From Octopus bimaculoides (taxonomy: Eukaryota): a DNA stretch of 64,000 nucleotides. The notes under the pieces were generated by a model that was not told the DNA's origin, did not search any database, and saw only the letters and a list, made by a program, of their open reading frames with translations. The first letter of the stretch is position 1. Each line of letters begins with the position of its first letter. Below, in pieces: positions 59,655 to 64,000 of this stretch. The translations under genes and the position numbers were made by a program. The stretch is from assembly GCF_001194135.2 (NCBI RefSeq), contig NC_068997.1:4821029-4885028 (forward strand), in the 5' to 3' direction.

Positions 59655-60080
59655 CATCATCATTTAATATCCGTTTTCCATGCTGGCATGATTTTTATAA
59701 CTAGACCCCTTCCTAACACCAACCACTTTACAGATTGGACTGGGTGCTTTTCACATGGCACCACCACTGGTATGGTCTGCTTTGGCATGTTTTTTTTTTT
59801 TTACAGCTGGATACCCTTCCAAACGCCAACCACTTTACAGTGTGGACTGGATGCTTTCTACATGGCACCACCACCAGTGAAGTCACCAAGTAACTTGCAA
59901 GAGAGGGGTCAGTACTGGAGGAGGTGGCTTTGTGCTAAGTATGAGAGATTAACGTATGACAGAAGGACAAAAGTAAATATCGTGCTGTAGAGGAGATACA
60001 TGGTTACCACAGGTGGAGGAAGAGAAAGAGAGGGAGGTGTGGTGGCAATGTGCCAGAGCATGCTATCAAGGTATGGAGAT
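59655..60080 (-). mobile_element. RTE LINE 3' UTR/tail copy
   Basis: (CAT)n, ttttccatgctggcatg and acagctggatacccttccaaacgccaaccac motifs. Confidence 0.65.
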
Positions 60081-61019
60081 GAGAATATAAATTGGATGTT
60101 AGATCATTACTAAGGGTGCGAGAGTAGGGATTTCATGTGAATATAAAGAAGAAGGGGGAGAATGCAGACTCTGGACAACAAGATAGTAATGATACAGTGA
60201 GCAGGGCAGGAGTGGGGTTTGTGTGTATGTATATGGTTGTTGCCATATTTCATTCCATAATGGCTACCTCTGATGAGCACAGGGTTACATAATCAGACTG
60301 TTACCTAACACTCTGCTGAATCCCTAGCACGAAACTGATTGGTAAGATCAATCATAATGTACACTTTGATTTATATATATATATATATATANNNNNNNNN
60401 NNNNNNNNNNNNNNNNNNNNNNNNNNNNNNNNNNNNNNNNNNNNNNNNNNNNNNNNNNNNNNNNNNNNNNNNNNNNNNNNNNNNNNNNNNNNNNNNNNNN
60501 NNNNNNNNNNNNNNNNNNNNNNNNNNNNNNNNNNNNNNNNNNNNNNNNNNNNNNNNNGTGTATATATATATATATATATATACATACATACACACATGTG
60601 TGTATATATATATATATATATATACATACATACACACATGTGTGTATATATATATATATACATACATACATACACACATGTGTATATATATATATATATA
60701 TCCTGCCTTGCTGGCACATGTTGGATGGAACTCTTTTTTGAGACAGTATTTTGCAACTGGTGGTCCTTCCTGGTGCTAACCCTTCAACATTTAAGAATAC
60801 ATTGAATTTATTTTAAAAATCACAATGCACATTTTTTTCAAAACTTTTATTAACATCTCAGTCCAGAAAGAGCAATAGCCATCATTCTTTTTGGGGCAAC
60901 CTCTAAAACTGGTGGGGGGAAAAATTGAGAAATTTGTTTTCAAACCAGAGACTTGGATCAAATCCTTGCAACAGAGTTGACTTCATTAAAGGCACCCAAA
61001 GACCAAATGATTCATACCC

Positions 61020-61056
<37 letters not shown>

Positions 61057-61152
61057 TGTGTGGTCATGTTGAGAATTGTCAACAAACTAAAGAAACATTC
61101 CATTGATTATTGAGGAGGAGGAGGAAATAAACTGTGAACTGAATAGAACCAC

Positions 61153-61198
<46 letters not shown>

Positions 61199-61540
61199 GT
61201 AAACAAGTATTAATGGACAGAAAGAACAAACCAAGAACTGTATAAAAACATAGAAAAACACCTGAGTAGAAACTGCCTTAGACTATACACAATTAGACAA
61301 CATAGTAAAAATTTCAAACTAACAAACTACATATATATACTATATATATGTGTGTGTGTATAACACAAACAATCTTTATAGTTTCTTTACAACACATTTC
61401 ACTATGCTGAAATTTGAACTTTTTATAATAATAATAATAATAATAGTAATGTAATAGTAATAATAATACTAATTTCAAATTTTGGCAGAAGGCCAGTTTA
61501 ACATTGGGGGTCAGTCCCTAGTGTTAAACTGATACTTATT

Positions 61541-61640
61541 TTATCAACCCCAAAAGAACAAAAGCAAAGCCAACCAGCATTTTGTCCGACTCAGACAAAA
61601 TGCTGGTTGGCTTCGCCTTTTGTTCTTTTGGGGTTGATAA
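61541..61640. repeat. Near-perfect inverted repeat (46/47-bp arms, 7-nt loop)
   Basis: ttatcaaccccaaaagaacaaaagcaaagccaaccagcattttgtc / gacaaaatgctggttggcttcgccttttgttcttttggggttgataa. Confidence 0.95.
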
Positions 61641-62047
61641 TATAGTGATAACAGGAATGATCTTGTAATTACAAATGTACTCTACATTAGTCTTAATACA
61701 AAATAACCTTATGAGGACTAATTGCAATAACAGCTCTTTTAGTTATTTCTTGCTAGTTACATGACAAAAAGTTTGATTAATTGACTGTCCAAGCAATTAC
61801 TAGACAAAAACTTCCTCTGATCTATTCCAAGGACCAAGAATCTGCCATTAAAATTCTATCAATATGAAACTCCTCTTTACAATAATATCATACAAACTTA
61901 AAACTTCTTTTTGGCAGAATTTCACACAATTTAGAAAAACTAAATTCTTTTATTTATTTGCCTTTTAATATTTTTTTGTTTTGACTGAGAAACTACATTA
62001 TATTGATTCTTCAATATAAATACAGTACATACATTAATTATATTGTA

Positions 62048-62082
<35 letters not shown>

Positions 62083-62960
62083 TCCACTTTATTAATACAA
62101 TAAATATGTATATATATATATCAATTACACATTATATTGATACATATATATGTATTGATAAAGTATATATAGATAGATTATGCTGTATTGATACAGCACA
62201 CATATATATATATATATAGATAGATAGATAGATAGATATAGATATTAATTCCATTGTCTTTCAATCAGTTTTATCTTTTCGACATCATTCCTAACTCTGA
62301 GTTGACCAAAATCTAGATTTTCTTTTTAGTATCTCAAGTACATTGCCCAATGATGCCATCTTCACCATCACTGCCTCATTACCTCCACTCAACAAGGAAG
62401 CCTATAATAGCAGTGAAATCTCCCTCGTACACACCTTGGGAAAGAAAGGACTAGATTGGAAAATATCAAGTCCTACATACCTCAAAAATATGGGGGGGAT
62501 GGTCAATGACGGAATGTCTTTGATCATAGGTGTGTTGTCTTGGGGGTTAAAAACATCACCATCTCCACCACCACCACAATATTGAATGATGTTGCTACTG
62601 TTGTTATGCTTCGCTCTCTCTCTCACAAATATCTTTTTTATCCCTGGACAAGTAAATCCCCCACCCCGCCTCCGTCTCTCCTATCTCGATCAGCGGTACA
62701 GGCAGGGGAGTAGCTAACTAATGACGACGATGATGATGACTATGATGATGATGATGACTTTCCACAGAAAAGTTGTAATGTATGTAAATTTAAATTTTAA
62801 ACAAACTATACACCACCACCACTACCACTACCACCACCACCACTACTACTTCTACACAATTGTGTCACTTCCTTAATACACCACACAGTTTTCTTCTCTC
62901 TTTGGTTTTTCTTGGATTTTTACAAACCCTTATTTAATATATATATATAGATCCCGTGTT

Positions 62961-63036
<76 letters not shown>

Positions 63037-64000
63037 GTATATATAGGCCATGTTCCCCTCCCCCAAAACACTACATAAATACACACACACTCACATAAAT
63101 GAATCACCACCACCCCCTCTTTTTAAAAATATATTTTGTGATGTATGTCTGCAGATGTGTAAATACGTATGTGTGAATATTATGTATATGTATGTTAATG
63201 TGTGTGTGTGTGTATATATATAATTGTATGAATGTATGTATATATAATATGTATGTTATGGTGTGTGTGTGAGAAATAACTCCAATGTAAATAGTTTTCT
63301 CTTTCTCACACACAAGCACACTCACACGCACACACACACATACACGCTTTCAACACACACACACACACATGCAACACAATAGTTTTAATAATATTTTAAA
63401 AAGATAAAATATGTTAACTGATCTTTCTCTTGCTTGTTTTTTTTTTTTTGTTTTTGTTTTTTTTAACTTTATTTAAGAGAAAAATCTATTTAAAAAATTG
63501 TTAAAAGTTTACTTAATAATTGAATTTGTTTGAGCTTCACTGGTTACCTACTGGAAAAAAACTGCATTTATTATTTTTTTTTTTTCTTTATCACCAACTG
63601 GTCAGCCTGTACAGGGTAAAGTCAGACATAAACAAAAATTAAGCTATTTGAAAACAAAACATATTTTAGACTTGCTATTAAGAAATTTCAGGTTATAAAT
63701 ATATGTATATGAAGAATAAAAGCATATATATATTACATGTATATATTCTTTTATACTTTACTTGGTCTCAGTCATGGCCAGTTTGAGCTGTCACCTTCGT
63801 CAATTCTAATCAATGACATTATTTTATTCTAGAGCAAAAAAAAAAAAATTCATTATTTCAACTTTTAAATTGTTCACCTTGTCTAAGTAGCTTTTCAAAT
63901 ATATGACAAAATATATTGTTATCCATGTATCATACTAAATGTATACACACTGTTAGAAGGCATGAAGCTGTGGAAGTGTCTCAGGGTTCAATTCCACTAT

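Noticed and set aside
62330-62585. Exon-like ORF after a ttttag acceptor
   Set aside because: Most of it matches the dispersed family D repeat; no homology to the gene was recognised.

Overview
AT-rich, microsatellite- and repeat-dense eukaryotic DNA. The SINE/LINE families and scaffold gaps look like Octopus; this is inferred from repeat content. One protein-coding gene was reconstructed by hand on the + strand: a GRAMD2-type protein (GRAM domain, disordered linker, C-terminal TM helix and coiled-coil-like tail, no VASt domain). It has 12 phase-consistent GT-AG exons from 16863 to 45488 (1315 nt); the first and last coding exons were not found. The rest is mostly mobile DNA: a near full-length Tc1 transposon with DD36E spacing, an internally deleted mariner with both TIRs, R4/Dong-clade and RTE-clade LINE fragments, Penelope-like relics with hammerhead-like cores, Helentron-type and piggyBac-type non-autonomous elements, and many tRNA-derived SINEs, often in head-to-tail arrays. 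Best leads: a tandem array of duplicated 5' splice donors behind exon 39297-39672, Dong LINEs repeatedly docked tail-to-tail on SINE (ATT)n tails, two near-perfect fold-back hairpins with 46-48 bp arms, and the DD36E element. Most ORFs in the supplied track are microsatellite or N-gap artefacts.
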